A stretch of 64,000 nucleotides of DNA from Gracilinanus agilis (taxonomy: Eukaryota). The position numbers and the translations under genes are program-made. The notes under the pieces are model-generated. The model was not told where the DNA came from. It saw only the letters and a list, made by a program, of their open reading frames with translations, and did no database searches. The first letter of the stretch is position 1. The number at the start of each line of letters is the position of its first letter. This document shows, piece after piece, positions 11,830-25,900 of this stretch. Location of the stretch: contig NC_058130.1 of the NCBI RefSeq assembly GCF_016433145.1, positions 84,962,545 through 85,026,544 of the forward strand. The letters run 5' to 3'.

Positions 11830-13875
11830 ATACAATCTCAACTGGGACCTCACTGCTGCTATACAGGATCCTATCAACCCATTATCCCACTTTCCACAGT
11901 AGCTCTCCTAAACTTTTTTTCATTCCTCTTCATTCTTACCAAAGCTAACCCTTCTTTCTACTCAAGTGATCCTATTCCATCCTATTTCTTCCAATAGGTT
12001 CCTTTCTCTGCCATCCTCTCTCTATCTTATTTTCAATCTCTCCCTCTCTATTGGCTCCTTGCCTACTGCCTACAAACCTACTCATATCTCTTCCATCCTA
12101 AAAGACCTTCATTTGATTCTTCTGTCCCTGCTATTATCCTATATTTCTTCTGCTCTAATGTCTAAACTCCTGGAAAGGGACATCTACAATAGATGCCGAC
12201 ATTTTCTGTACTCCCATTTCTTAATCCCTTCAAATCTGGCTTTTCATCTCATCATTCTACCAAAACTACTCTCTCCAGAGTTATCAATGATCTCTTAGTT
12301 GCCAAATATAAGACCTTCTCTCATTCCTCATCCTTGACCTCTCTGAAGCCTTTGACACTGTTGATTATTCCTCCTTTGAAACTCTCTTTTCTCCAGGTTT
12401 TCAGGATGCTGCTCTCTCCTGGTACATCCCTGACCCTTCTGACCTCTCCTTCGCAGGAAGACCCTCATCCAGAAAATGCCATCTAACTGTAGGTGTCCCC
12501 CAGAGTCCTGTCCTGGGACCTCTTTTCTCTATATATATCTACTTCCCTTGGTGATTTCATCAGTGCCCATGGATTTAATTACTATTTTTGTGCTGATGAT
12601 TTTCAAATCTACCTGTCCTGCCTCAGTTTCTTTGCTGATCTTGTAACTCTTTAAGACATCTGCAACTGGATGTCCAGTATACATTTAAAATTCAAAATGT
12701 CCAGGACCAGACTCATTATCTTTCCTCCAAAACCCTTCATCCCTCTCAACTTCCCTTTTACTGTTGAAAGCAACACCATCCTTCCTCCTAGTCCCTCAGG
12801 CTTACAACCTAAGAGTCATCCTCATCTTCTGTCTCTTATCCCCCATATCCAATCTGTTGCCAAGATCTGACAATTTCCCCTTTGTGACATCTCCAGGTTT
12901 CCACTCAAAGGAACAAGATGTCCCTCACAGAATAAGCTCATCACTTCCCTGGGTTGGAAGCACCACCTCCCTCAGTCTCCTCTTCCTCTGATTGGACCTT
13001 CCTTTATAGAGGGCAGAATCAGGACACACAACTCATGCAGCCTGGTTTCAACTCCATGGATCCAGATCCAGATCCCCAACTGGGGCACCCCCTTCTTTTC
13101 TGCCTCTTTTTATTTGTTTTCTCCCTCTTTAGACTGTAAGTTCTTTGAGGGCAGAAACTATCTCTTTACTCTTTGTATCCCCAGCACTTTGTGCAAATCT
13201 GGCACATAGCAGGCACTTATGTTTATTGGTTTTGTTGGATTAGACCTCTCAAAAATGCCCTCTTCTCTCCCTTGGCACTGCCACCACTCTGGTGCAGCCT
13301 CTCATTGCCTCACACCTTGATTATTGCTGAAGCCTGATTCTGGGTCTTTCTCCCTCAAGTCTTTCCTTGCACCAATCTATCCTCCACTTAGCCTCTAAAA
13401 TTATATTTTCCTAAAATGAAAGTCTGACCATATCATACCACTGGCTCCCTATCACTTCTAGGATCAAATACAAAGTCCTTCATTTTCTAGCTCCTTCCTA
13501 TCTTTCCAGTCTTTGTACACCTTCCAGTGGCACTGGCCTCCTTGCTGTTCACACTCTGCTCCAGAAATTTTCTCTGGCTGTCCCCTCTGCCTGGAATATT
13601 CTGTCTCTTCTCCTTTATCTCCTTCATTCCTCGGCTTCCATTAAGTCCCTATTAGAATCCTGTCTTCCCTAGAAAGCCTTTCCCAAACTTGCTTAATTCT
13701 AGTGCCTTCCCTCTCTTAAATATTTCCTATTTATCCTATATAGTTTGTTCATACATATTTGTTTACTTGTTATCTCCTCCATTAGACTGTGAACTCCTTG
13801 AGGGAAAGTCTTCTTTTGACTTTCACAGTATCCAGTCTAAGTAGTTTCTGCCACATAATAAGTGATTAATTAATA
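11830..13875 (+). mobile_element. L2 LINE fossil (RT region to 3' end)
   Basis: Pyrimidine-rich L2 sequence; FNLSLSIGSLPTAYKPTHISSILK resembles L2 RT FNLSLSTGxFPxAFK. L2-type 3' end near 13870. Confidence 0.75.
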
Positions 13876-13964
13876 TTTATTGAAAGTTCTCTAGGATCCC
13901 AAGAGCCTCTGGACTAGAGTTCCATGGATTGAACTTTAGAGGCCATTTCTCAGGGTTTGTGCTG

Positions 13965-14005
13965 CAACACACACACCACACACATACACACACGCACACA
14001 CACAT
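13965..14005. repeat. (CA)n microsatellite, imperfect
   Basis: Direct reading. Confidence 0.8.
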
Positions 14006-15990
14006 AATATGCACGTGCATATAGGTGTATATGTGTCTGTTACAAAATTCCCCTCCTCTCTTCCTCTTTTAGAAATACCAAGAACATAAGAAATAAATAT
14101 TTCTCCAGTTTGAAGTCTATTTTAAACTTATTTGATAAAATTCTTATCAGGAGTGAATCAAACTTCTAGGAAAAAAAAATCTTTTCTCTCTTTCCCAAAC
14201 CCCAACTACTTTATCTTGGGAACCTTAGGGAAAAGTTCAAGAACAAACTCTAAGGAGCCAAAAATGGATTAAAAATATTAAACACTTGCATTTCATAACA
14301 ACAGTGAACTCAAATCAACAAACATTTATTAAACACCTGCTGTGTGCCATGTGCTGTGAAGATGCAAAGGCAAAAAGCTGTCCCCATTCCCAAGGAGTTG
14401 GCTATCTAAATGGGGGAAATAATGATAACAATGATAAACATCTATTTAGCACTTACTACAAACAGTGCCAGGGACTGTGCTAAACATTTTAAAGTTACTA
14501 ATGCAAGGAAGATGATATTATTATCTTCATTTTACTGATGACAAAATTGAGGCTGCGCACCACTAGGTGCTCATAACAAAGTGCCTGAGGCAGATTAGAA
14601 TTCAGATCAACTCTCAAGCCAGTGTTCTTCTGTTCATGAGACCAACTAGCCACCACCTTATTAGGATGATGGGAAGTAGTAAGAAATAGGGCTAAAAAAA
14701 AAAAAAAAGAAAAAAGAAATAGGGCTGGAAAGGCATGAGAGAATCAGAATGTTGAGCTTTGGAAGTCAGGCTAAATAGAGTTTTGACTAAATATGGTAGC
14801 CAATGAGAAGTGAGAGGTTTCTGAGCAGGGTTTCAATTGAGAAAGTATATATATATATAGCATGGACTAGAGAAGAAAGAGGGGCAGAAGTAAGACCTAC
14901 TCAAGTTATTTCAACAGTCCAAATAATTGGGTATAGATGGTGAAATAAGTAACTCAAAAATAACTCAAAAGTAACACCAAGCTTTTGAACATGTTTGCCT
15001 GGGAGAAAGTTAGTGCCCTTGGGGTAAACCGAGAAGTGAATCTGGTCTAGGGGAGAGGGGACTGACAAATTTAGTTTGAGACTCATTGAGTTTTGCCAAA
15101 TGTTATTCTTGCCAGAAACAAGAGTGTATGATTTTTTTTTTTTTGAGATGGAGGATTCAGGACCCAGGGCTTATGCCAGCCCTCTAAGCTATTTAACCAA
15201 GAAGGATTCTGGGAATCAAGTTGTCTGTCATGTGCCCACTTCCTCTAGTGCTCAGGTACTTAGCAAAGTGGCACTATGTCCTTCCTGTTCGCCTTGAGGG
15301 CAATGTTCCCTGGTACCAATCACGGTAGTAAACTCCAGGTGAGGTCTGGCTATAGCCCTTTCCCTTCTCAGAAGACACATGAATTATTTTCACTCCCTGG
15401 AGTTCACTTATATGCCCTCAGTGATGGTGTGAGAAGCATGTTTTCTTGGACCTGAGGTTTTGTTTACTCTTGAGATGCTTAGGATGAAGATGGGATATGA
15501 TAATAATAATACTTGTGCCGCTTTTAAAAAAAACCTTTTTGTCACAAAAATCCTGTGATAGGGCAAAAGTTATCATTCTCATTTTACAGACTGGAAACAG
15601 ACTCAAGAGATCAAATTACTTGCCCAGGTCATAGAGCTAATAAGTATTAGAGATGAGACTCAAACCTAGATCTCCTTTTTCCAATATCCATGCTTCTTCC
15701 TTCAACTAGATAAGGCCTTCTTAAGCCAAGCTCTTGGCATCTAAAAGGTGTATTCTTTCCACATTCTCCTCGTCAACCTCAATTCTTCCAGGCTCTCCCC
15801 ACTCCAATTCATCCTGCATGCTACCACCAGACACCTGCAGTTCAATTCAATAAGCCACCTCAGTTAAGCTTTACTATATGCAAAATGAAAACTAGTCCCT
15901 GTCTCCAAATAGCTTACACCATACTCTTTGGGCTCTTCCTTAAAAGTTATTTTCAACACATCACAGTCATGTTTAAGAAATTGCTGTAGT

Positions 15991-16178
15991 GAGGCAGCTG
16001 GGTAGCTCAGTGGATTGAGAGCCAGGCCTAGAGACGGGAGGTCCTAGGTTCAAATCCGGCCTCAGACACTTCCCAGCTGTGTGACCCTGGGCAAGTCACT
16101 TGACCCCCATTGCCTACCCTTACCACTCTTCCACCTATAAGTCAATATGCAGAAGTTAAGGGTTTAAAAAAAAAAAAA
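15991..16178 (+). mobile_element. Young SINE1_Mdo-like SINE with 15-bp TSD
   Basis: TSD aagaaattgctgtag at 15975-15989 and 16177-16191. Confidence 0.9.
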
Positions 16179-16191
16179 GAAATTGCTGTAG

Positions 16192-16396
16192 AGCCAGATA
16201 CTAGCTCAGTGAATAGAGAGCCAAGCCTGGAGACAGGAGGTCATAGGATCAAATCTGACCTCATACACTTCCTTGCTCTATGACCCTGGATAGGTCACTT
16301 GACCCCAGTTGCCTAGTCCTTACTGCTCTTCTGCCTTGGAACCAATAGTATTGACTCTCAGACAAAAGGTAAGGGTTAAAAAAAGAAAAGAAAAAA
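16192..16396 (+). mobile_element. Older SINE immediately downstream of the young copy
   Basis: A/B boxes, more diverged. Confidence 0.8.
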
Positions 16397-17457
16397 AGAA
16401 CTTACTACAGCAGTTCATTATCAGTGGGTTCAAACTCCTCATTCAAGCAAGGTCTCCACTACTGGGATGCATTCTCCTTTCCTCTCCAAGGAGCTGCTCC
16501 CCTTACCTGCCATGTTTATTCCTGCTTCTACAACATTGTTTAGTCTATCCACATTCCCTTCTACCATCTGGAATGACCTCTCCAGCCTCCATATATCCAC
16601 TATCTACAGAAGGATGGAGTCAGAAGATTCAAAATTATCTTGATGAGCTAACGTCAACAAAATGAAATTTATCAGGCATGAAACGGGCATCCTCCTAATA
16701 ATGCTATAAAGATACAAGTCATGGAAAACACAGCCTGAGAAGAAAAAAGAATTCAGGTGACCCAAGGGAAAATGGAAATACATGTGGTATGCTGGAGCAT
16801 GCTAGCTACTAGGAGATTAAATAAGGGTCAAGTGAGATAATGCATTTATGGAAGCACCAGAGCAATGCAATGCATGATGATGATCTCATGCTTCTTTTTT
16901 CAAAGGTGTCCAAGTAAATCCTGGGAAAAGTTACTCACCTGCTATTATTCCTTTATATTTAATGTTCTCTGGACTATTGCCCAGGTGGATAAAGTAACTA
17001 CTTTTCATAGCTATCTCAAAGAACTGGGATATAAGCTTATCTTCTAACAACACTCAAAGCATCTTTGATATATGCAACAGGACAACAGGAATGATAGTTA
17101 CTTAATTCTCTTCCCACATGGTTTTGGGCTCCTCTGCTAGGTTTCTATCATTTGAAAGCTTTTTGGTCTATGTAGATTAAAGATTGGTATCTGCAACAGC
17201 AGCATCTATTAAAGATGCCATTGTTGGGTTGTTAAGGATCAGTGGGCTGCCTGGGTAGTTGTGGGCAACAATTTGGTCCAAGATAGTGCTATGATTCCAA
17301 GAGATAGTGGCTGAATTCTGCAGGATGTTTTGAGGCCTGTATTTGTAGAGAAAGTCATCCTTGAAAGGGATAGCTAGATTGAAATCCTGCTTCTGGAACA
17401 TACTGGCTATGTAACCATGGACAAATCACTCCTTGGTGTTCTTAAAACTAAGTTTCA

Positions 17458-17639
17458 GGGGGCAGCTGGGTGGCTCAGTGAATTGAGAGCCAGGCCCAGA
17501 GATGGAAGGTCCTGGGTTCAAATCTCACCTCAGATACTTCCTAGCTGTTTGACCCTGGGCAAATCACTTAACCCCTACTGCCTACCCCTTACCACTCTGT
17601 GTATTGATTCTGAGGCAAAAGGTAAGGGTTTAAAAAAAG
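17458..17639 (+). mobile_element. SINE1_Mdo-like SINE
   Basis: A/B boxes and A-tail. Confidence 0.85.
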
Positions 17640-17899
17640 ACTAAGTTGCAGGGAAAGTGCTGACACATATGTATAGAAGGAGCTTCCTCTATTGGGAATT
17701 CTCTAAATCAATGAAACCTCAAGTCCTGTACCTATCTTTATCCCGATCCCTAACTTTATTTGTAGTATGAGAAAGTATTTCTCAAAATGCCTTTTATGAG
17801 TCAGGCACTGTGCTAAGTGCTGTTGGTTCACAGAAGGTAGAGAGCTTCCAGTCTTGCTAATAATATATTCAGTGGGTGCTCAATTTTTATAACCTGCAA

Positions 17900-18400
17900 T
17901 AATGTGTTGCACATTTTTATTATTTATTATTTATCATCAATTATTTATTTTGAGATGTTTGGAGTGGCAGAAGGAAGTGCCATCAAGGAAGTGTATCACC
18001 AGGAAAGGAGTTGAGGATTGTGAATCACTTGACTATCCACAGCAATACAAAGATCCGAGACAATCCCAAAAGATTCATGATGAAAAATGACATCCACATC
18101 CAGAGAAAGAGCTCATGGAGTCTGAATGTTGAGTGAAGGAAGTGAAACATACTATATTTCACTTTCTTTCTTTTATATGTTTTCTGTTGTCATTACTGTC
18201 TTCTTCCACAAAAGGACTAATATGGAAAAGTGTTTTATATGATTGCATATGTAAAATCTATATCAGATTGTTTACTGTCTCAGGAAAGGGGAAGGAAGGG
18301 AGGGAAAGAAGAAGGAAAAGAATTTGGAACATAAAATCTAAAAAAATTGTTTTTACATGTAATTGGGGAGAAATAGAATATTATTTAAAAAAAAAAAAAA
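17900..18400 (+). mobile_element. L1 3' UTR fragment
   Basis: L1 3' sequence ending in aattggggagaaat...poly-A. Confidence 0.6.
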
Positions 18401-18744
18401 GAAAAGGTGCTGATGACTGGTTAGGTAAGGAAATTGAAGCATAATTAGCGCTGGCCCTGGAATCAAGAAGGCCTATGTTCAAACCTACCTTCAGGTATTT
18501 ACTAGCTGTGTGACCCTGAATAAATCATTTTAACTCTATATGCTTCAGTTACTTCATCTGTAAAACAGGAATAATAATACCGTCTATCTAGCAAGTTGTT
18601 ATGAGATATAAATGAGATAATAATTGTAAAGCTCTTAGCACAGTGCCTGGCACTAAATGCTATAGAAATGTTAGCTATTATTATTAACCACAATCAGCCT
18701 AACTAACATTAAACTATCTATCCATGAGACACACACATAAAGCA

Positions 18745-18872
18745 TTTATTTTTTATTTATTTTTTTTTTTTAAATTTTAAACCCTTAACTTCTGTATATT
18801 GACTTATAGGTGAAAGATTAGTAAGGGTAAGCAATGGGGGTCAAGTGACTTGCCCAGGGTCACACAGCTGGC
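18745..18872 (-). mobile_element. 5'-truncated young SINE with TSD
   Basis: Family 3' half flanked by cataaagcatttatt on both sides. Confidence 0.8.
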
Positions 18873-21800
18873 ATAAAGCATTTATTAAGTGCATACTATG
18901 GGCCATGCGCTTTACTATGAGGGCTAGAAATAGAACTCAGAGCAAGACAATCAGTTCTAATGGGAGAAGAAAACAAATAAAGGAAAGGTGGAGATGGGAC
19001 AAGATTGAATAGTCTGGCTGAAGATATCCAGCAAATGCAATGGAGGCCCAGAACCAAGCAAAATAGGGCCCAAATTGGCCTTTCAAAGCCCCGGCTGGCT
19101 CCAGGGTGATGTAAAAGTCCCTTTCTCAGGTGGTGAAGAAGTAAAGAGGATGGCCTGAGTGGAGTACAAATGTTGTGGCTGGAGATAACCAGAGTATCGG
19201 TAAAATGGGCTCCTGCATAGTGGGTAGGTTTTCTATGGAGAATTTTAAAAAAAGACATTAGAAAGAGTCTCAAAGAATGAGCACGATGTCCAGGAGAAGC
19301 AACATTAGTGAGATAAGGGAGACATAAAAACAAACAAACAAAAAAACAAAAAAAAACAAACATGTAACAAATTAGGCAACTGGTCCTTACCAGTACAGAG
19401 AGAAAAGGAAGATCATGCAATCAGGCATTGGCAGCAAAGCCTAGAGAAATGATGTGGGTATTTTTAGTTAACTTCTAATTTAGCTGTGATGAAGCTACAA
19501 GGAAAAGCTGAAACAGACTTATTTTCATACTTCAAAACATCTGTGGTTTTATTCATGCATTCTCTCATTCCTTTCACCAGTGCAGACCCAACTCCCCAGC
19601 TCCTCCATGATTTTGTAGATTATCTTATTCTTAGATAATCATAGTGACTGAAAATATTTGCCTATCTGTAGTCATTTTCTCCAAGCATAGTTCTCCAAGA
19701 CTGGTTGGTCTTCATGTGACAGACATACAGGTCTCATCACTAGGCCCACACTTGAAACCCATCCATCCTGGTAGGACCTCCTAGAGTTTTGTGCTCCAAT
19801 AGCATAGCCTTTAAGAACCTATAGTCACCTCCATAGAATAATGAGGCATCAGTAGAGGATTTTAGCACTTATAAAATGTGATTAGGAGAGGTAGTAGTCT
19901 TACTGTTCCTGATCCTGATCCAATCACTTCTGGAACTCAGTATCTCATCTATCCAGAACACATCCCTCCAGCATTCCAGCCAATCAGAAGTTAGGCTGAG
20001 GACCAAGAAATAGTGATGATGACTTTCATTGTATCACTACAACACTCCTGGGAGGTAGGCAGGGCAGCTGTCAACACAGCTCCTGGACTTGGACTTGGGT
20101 AAGTTGGGTTGAAGTCTCTACTGTTATGTTTCCTAGATCCAGGAACCAACCATTCATGTATCTGAGTCCCAATATCTTATGCAGAAAATTATATTAATCA
20201 ACCAACCAACAGGTATTTATTAAGTGCCTACCATGTGTGAGGCAGTAGGTGCTAAAGATATATAGATAAACATAAAACAGTCCCTACCCTCAAGGAGCTT
20301 ACATTTAATCCATGGAAGTGATAACATACATAGATATATATATATATAGATAGATTATATGCAAAATGAATACAAGGTAGTTCAGGGAAGGAAAGCACCA
20401 GTAGCTGAGGGGATCAGGAAAGGCTTCCTGTATAGGATAAAGCTGAGTTCTGAAAGAAACAAAAGATTCTTAGACATAAGGTGAGAAGGAAATGGTAGAG
20501 AGTGAAGGGGGAGATAGCTTGGTGCAGAAATGAAATGTGCATGTGTAGTTGGCCTCTCTGTTTACCTGAATATCAATCATCTCTAATTTTTGGCCACTGC
20601 CTCTTATTTATGATTAAGGGACAGAAATTGGAGAGGAAGTTAGTATTTGGAATTTTTTTGTGCTGAAGTCTAAGTATGCTTCCTGTCTGGGATATAAAAT
20701 GAGGACAATAAAAAAAAAATTCCTTTAGTTAAATGTCCTCTGTTGGTGACTGAAGAGGGAGGCACCAATTACCATCGAAACAATTAAACTTCAAGATATG
20801 ATTACAAAATGGTTTCCCTAAATATACCTTAATCAGCTTGCTCAGCAAGGATAGCCTTAGGGCCCTTTTACAAATAATTTTAACAAGCTGTGATACTTGT
20901 TTTTCTAGCCTATGGCAAATTAGAAACTATGAATTAAGAGAAGAAAGGCTACAAAGGTCACAAATAGTAGCAAGAAGTGAAAGCTTACAATGATAATGAA
21001 GAAGAAAGAAAAACTAAGACAAGCAGACAAGAGAAGTCAGGAAACTTAGAGCTCTGGTACCATTTAATTTAGAACAAATAGTACATATTACATAAATCAG
21101 CATTGCCTGAGGGCATCATTGTTGGTATTACAAAAGAGAACCATCACAGATGTTCATCATGATGATCCTAGGAAAGGTAAAAGGTATTTATTTTTCCTCT
21201 TCCTTCCCTAATACAGATCAACAATTCCTCAATACCATTTAATTTTAGAGAGCTGAGTTGCCTTAGGCACCAAGAGCTTAAGTGACTTGCCCATGTTAAT
21301 ACCATAAATCAAGGCTTTTACCCAGGTCTTCCCCATCCAAAGCAAGTACTCTAACCATTAAATCAAACTATCTCAAATGCAGGGAGTGGTCCATTGTTGT
21401 TGTTTTGAATCAATGTAGTAGCTATATATACATCTTAGTTATTTAGAAAATTTAGCTAATCCAGGAGAATTCATATTGTAGGAAATCTGGATAAGGGGAA
21501 AGATATCCTGTGTTCAGTGATCTGTTTAAGGCACCACAATTTAAGAGGTAATAATAAATGGGGCAACTGAGTAGCACAGTAGATAGAGAGCCAAGATCAG
21601 AATCAGGAGGAACTCAGTTCAAATCTGGCTTAGGATACTTCCTAGCTGTGTGACCCTGGGCAAATCGCTTGACTCCAGTCACTCTTCTATCTTAGAATTG
21701 ATTAAGGTAAGAATAAAATAAAAATAAAAATAAAAAAAAAAGGATTGTTAAGCACAAGTGTCTAAAAGAGATCAACCAAGATGAGGATAGGTCTTGATAC

Positions 21801-22413
21801 AAAAAACTTTTGAAAGTTTAGGATGAGAAGTTTGGGGAAGAGAAGAGAACCCTTGAAGGGAAAAGACAGAAACAATCAATGTCTTCAAATATTTAAAAGG
21901 CTCTCAGGAAGAAGAGTAAGTTGATTTATTCTCTATAATTTCAAAAGCCCAAGTTACAGGGGAACACATCTCAGCTCAACAGAAGGAATACCTATATAAA
22001 AAGCCAACAATATAATGGAAGAACCCATAAACTTGTGACAGAGGGGATTCCTGCAATCAGTGAGAAGCTGAACTAAATGGCCTTTAAGATTTCTTCCAAT
22101 CTTTAAAGAGTCTATATTCTCTCTCCATCATGGAGTCTTTCCTAATAACTCTAGCCTAAAGAGATCATTTCTCCTAATTCTCCACAGCTTTGGTATCCAC
22201 TCCTTACATTTTGTCATATCCTATTTGGTTTAGCAGCTATCAAGACAAAGGATTTAGAGACAGAGAGACCTTAATTATCATCTAATCTAACCTCATTTTA
22301 TAAATACTGAGGTGAAAAGAAGGGAAGTGATTATGTCTATTGGGTCAGAGCCAAGATTCCAATTCAGATCACCCAGCTCCAAGCCCTGAGCACTTTCAAC
22401 ACATTGTCTAGAA

Positions 22414-22921
22414 TAGTGGTTCTCAAAGTATAGTAAAAAGGATTCCTGAAGGTTCCTAGGACCTTTTCTGGGAGTAAATGAAGTCAAAACTATTTTCATA
22501 ATAATACTAAGATGTTACTTGTCTATTAAAATTTGCTTTTCCAATCTGTGTGAGGTCAGATTTTCTCTATATTCTTCAACCAAAACATGTTACAACATAT
22601 TGAATGCAAAAGTAGATATGAGAATCCAGCTATCTTTCATTATACTAGACATTAAAGATTCACAAAAATACGTAAAGCAATGCCACTCTTCTCACTAAAT
22701 GCGTTTTGATTTGAAATATATAGTTGCTTTTCATAAAACATACATTATTTATGTTAATAAGTAATGGGTTCATTATTATTGTCTTTAATGAATTAATAAG
22801 TACTTTAAAATTTAATTTATCTCTAACACATAAGTATTGATCAACACAAGCTCTTTAGGGTTCTCAATAATACTAAAATATGTCAAAGGGTCCTGAAACA
22901 AAAGAAGTTGGAGAATCAATA
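22414..22921 (+). mobile_element. Non-autonomous hAT/Charlie1-like element (~510 bp)
   Basis: Degenerate TIRs tagtggttctcaaagt ... aagttggagaatcaata; left flank gtctagaa fits the hAT nTCTAGAn target; internal sequence resembles Charlie1 deletion derivatives. Confidence 0.6.
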
Positions 22922-24344
22922 TCCTAAAATGATTCTGACCACAGATAGAACACTCAAATCATATATTTGAGGCATTGTCCCAGCTGCTTGGACAAAGAAA
23001 AAACAGTGGCTGTCCTTAAGGAACTTACACATTCTCCTGTAGGAAAATGACATGTCCATAATCAAATACAAAATAGATATAAATTAATTGTGGGGTGGGA
23101 GAAAACTCTAACTAGGAGGATCAAAAAAAGCCTTGTGTAAGAGATGGCACAGCCTTAAGAAACAGGAGATTCTAGGAGATGGAAGAGGTTGTTAGGAGGA
23201 ATATTGCAAGCATGGGAGATAGTCTTGTGCAAAGGCATGGACAAGGAGATGGACAAAATTAGAGGAACAAGAACACCGTGTAGGATACTGGTTGAATGCT
23301 GAGTGGATGATAGAGATTTTTCTTAGAAAATTAAAGACCTGTTTTGTATAGGCAAGTCCATCTTGAAAGTCTAGAAAGGGTCATACTAGTGCAGCCCATC
23401 TACCATTTTCTGTAGCCCTACAGCCAGGAATGAAGAGGATCATTGAACTCCTTATAAATGGTCTCTACTTACTCGACTCTCAGCTCCTAACTTTTAGATC
23501 TTTCCTCTAAGTTGTTCATAAGATTTGTAAACAGATCATAAATTCCTACTAGTCATGGACCAGGACTTATTTATATTTTCCTCTTCTGTAGGCCCCGCAC
23601 AGTGTTCTGTACTTAGAAAGGACAATAAATATCAATGAATGAATAAGGGAAAAGGTAAATAATGAAAGATAAAACATTTATTAAGCACTTACTATGTGTC
23701 ACTCACTGTGCTAATATTCTGGGGATACACATAGCAAGCAAGCAAGTCCCTGGTCTCAAGGAACTTCTATTCTTATGGCGGAACACAATACATAAAGGGG
23801 ACCAAGAAAATGAGTGGAGGGCAGGGAACCATCTGTAAATAGCTAGAAAGTGAGATGGGAGGCCTGGTTCTGGACAAGATATGACTAAAATTTATATAAA
23901 GAAATTAATCCCTACCCTTAACAGACTGTAAAAGAGTCAGTATGATACATGGGAAAAAGCAATGAACTCTGGGGTCAAGGGATGGGCATTCCAGTCCTAA
24001 CTTTGTCCATGCCTTTGATTTGTACAGGTAAACCTTCACTTCTTTGATCCTGCCCCCTCATCTGTATGTAAAAAAGGCAGATTGCCTCCATGGCCTTTGA
24101 GGTTCCTTCCAGCTCTGACATTATATGACTTTATGTGAAAGCTTGAAAACAAAATAATTATATAGTCAGCTAAGACATGAAAATTCTAACAGTTATGGGA
24201 GCTGAGAAAAGGGAGAGCTGATCCCTGTGGGCTGAGCGCCTGACCAGAGTAGTTTCCAACTTGACTTCCAAGAAACTCTTAAAGCATAGCTAAGTTTTGC
24301 ATAATTGAGAAGAGAGGATAAATTTATGTGGAAATATTAAAAAG

Positions 24345-24725
24345 GTCATAGATTGAACATAATGGACTTCTCTACTAGCAGCAATGCAATGATCCAGAGG
24401 AGTGCTGAAGGACTTATGAGAAGGAAAACTAGCCACATTCGGAGGAAGAACTGTGGGAGTAGAAACACAGAGGAAAAACAACTGCTTGAACACGTGGACT
24501 TGATGGGGATGTTATTGGGGAGGTAGATGCTAAACGATAACTCTAGTCCAACTATCAATAATATGGAATTAGGTCTTGGTCAATGATACATGTGAAACCC
24601 AGTGGAATTGTGCATCAGCTTCAGGGGTAGGAGGATTTGGGGGAGAGAGAAAGAACATGAAACATGTAACTATGGGAAAATATTCAAAATAAAAATTTAA
24701 ATAAAAAATAATAAACAAAAAATAA
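24345..24725 (+). mobile_element. Relatively young L1 3' UTR with poly-A
   Basis: Highly similar to 61680-62045. Confidence 0.8.
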
Positions 24726-24729
24726 AAGG

Positions 24730-25900
24730 TCATATATAAGTGCCTAAAATATTTTAGAAGTCACATCATACAAAAATTAAAAGAAAAAGAAGGTACTTTT
24801 AAAAACTATAAAGGGAAGCGGAAAACTGGACATTCTTAACTAAACAAGCAATAGTGATCACTCCCCCCAAAATAGACAAATGTGATTACACAAAATTAAA
24901 AAGCTTTTAATGCATAAAAATTGCAGCTAGTATGAAAAAATGATTGAATTAAGGGGGAAATATTTGTATCAAATATTTCTGACAAAAGTCAGATATCCAA
25001 GACATTTAGGAAATACACAAAACCAGGAATGATTTCTCAACAGATCTGTGCCAAAAAAATATGAACAAATAGTTTTCAAAAGAAGAATTACACATTAATA
25101 ACCATATGAAAAAATGCTCAAATCACTAATAAAAAGAGAAAAGACCAAACAACCCTGACATTTCATTTCACACTCATCTAACTGGTGAAGATGGTAAAAG
25201 ATAGAAACGGTTCATGTTGGAAGGGCTACAGAAAGGCAAGCACATCATATATTGTTGGTGGAACTATGAACTAGTTGAGCTATTTTAGAAAATAGTACAC
25301 AAGAAAAGTTACTGACTATTGTTCAAGTTGTTCACTCCTGGGTATATTGACCTCAAGGGGATCAAAGACAGAAAGAAAGGCCTCTTTTTAAACAAAATAT
25401 TAATAAAAGCACTTTTTGTGGGAGCAAAAGATTAGAAACAAAGAAGGTACTTATCAATTGCTCAATGGCTGAACAAATTGCAGCGTATGAATGTAATGGA
25501 AGGTTGTTGTACATGGAGAAATGATGAATATGAGGAATTCGGAGAAACATGGAGAATCTCAAGTGAATTGATGCAGAAGTAAGCAGAACCAGAGGAACAA
25601 TTTATACAGTGATTACAATCATATTCATTAAAGGAACACTAAAAGGAAGCTTAACTCTGAATAACTGTAATGACCCTTCTTGGTCCTGGAGAAGAGAACA
25701 AGAAAACAATCTCTCTCCTTCCTCTTAGTGGTGGAGAAATGGGGAGGAGGAGGGAGGAACCTGGGTGTGGAATGTTGCATGTACTGTCCAATGTGTCATA
25801 TGATTTTTGTTCATTGTTTTTCTTCAGTACAATGATTGTGGGAGACATACCTGTATCTGGAAATGCTTGTGATGTCATAACAAAATGTATCAAGAAATCT
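24730..25900 (+). mobile_element. Older L1 ORF2-end/3' fragment
   Basis: Degenerate L1 sequence (aaaatgctcaaatcactaataaaaagagaa, ggctgaacaaattg). Confidence 0.6.

Noticed and set aside
14555-14575. CTCF-like motifs between the CpG island and WAP (also ~8470 and ~49425)
   Set aside because: Only partial matches to the core; not distinguishable from background without a PWM scan.
15991-16060. tRNA genes
   Set aside because: The A and B boxes here and elsewhere are heads of tRNA-derived SINEs; no cloverleaf with acceptor stem.
17177-17401. 74-aa minus-strand ORF in unique sequence
   Set aside because: Non-ATG start, no recognisable motif, no convincing splice sites.
18896-19420. 174-aa minus-strand ORF
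   Set aside because: Built partly from an A-rich simple repeat and repeat-derived sequence; no domain or splice support.
20900-21180. Exon-like purine-rich segment ending in ag|gtaaa
   Set aside because: Stops interrupt every frame examined and no homology was recognised.
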